Source: Octopus bimaculoides
Taxonomy: Eukaryota
Reading direction: 5' to 3'
NCBI RefSeq assembly: GCF_001194135.2
Contig: NC_068981.1
Coordinates: 100,365,318-100,429,317, forward strand
Length of the DNA: 64,000 nt
Below, piece by piece: positions 63,951 through 64,000 of the stretch; the first letter of the stretch is position 1; each line of letters starts with the position of its first letter. A program made the translations under genes and the position numbers. The notes beneath the pieces were generated by a model, which did no database searches, had not been told where the DNA came from, and saw only the letters and a program-made list of their open reading frames with translations.

Positions 63951-64000
<50 letters not shown>

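Overview
AT-rich, microsatellite-dense, gapped eukaryotic genomic DNA. The (CA)n/(TA)n/(GAT)n tracts and the SINE, RTE and mariner families point to a coleoid cephalopod, most likely Octopus (inference, not a database match). Most of the window is intron or intergenic sequence filled with decayed transposable elements: several Penelope-like elements (PLEs), RTE-type LINE pieces, at least four tRNA-derived SINE families, Tc1/mariner/maT fossils, two TA-flanked MITEs and a three-level nest of LTR elements at 52.3-57.5 kb. Host genes appear only as candidate exons of unidentified products: the probable 3' end of a + strand gene (1.7-2.0 kb), a - strand membrane-protein-like gene (exons at 38.3 and 36.2 kb) and a + strand gene (40.8-44.9 kb), probably transcribed divergently from a CpG-richer region at about 40.5-40.8 kb. 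The most notable observations are: (i) up to six type I hammerhead-ribozyme motifs next to PLE remnants, four with long stem II domains and one (57848-57929) with an intact catalytic core; (ii) a short LTR element with 360-bp LTRs, a tRNA-Trp primer-binding site present in three tandem copies and a terminal hairpin; (iii) a perfect 91-bp locally templated inverted insertion and three long fold-back hairpins. No prokaryotic-type system (CRISPR, operon, rRNA) is supported. Almost all long ORFs in the supplied track are microsatellite or N-gap artefacts.
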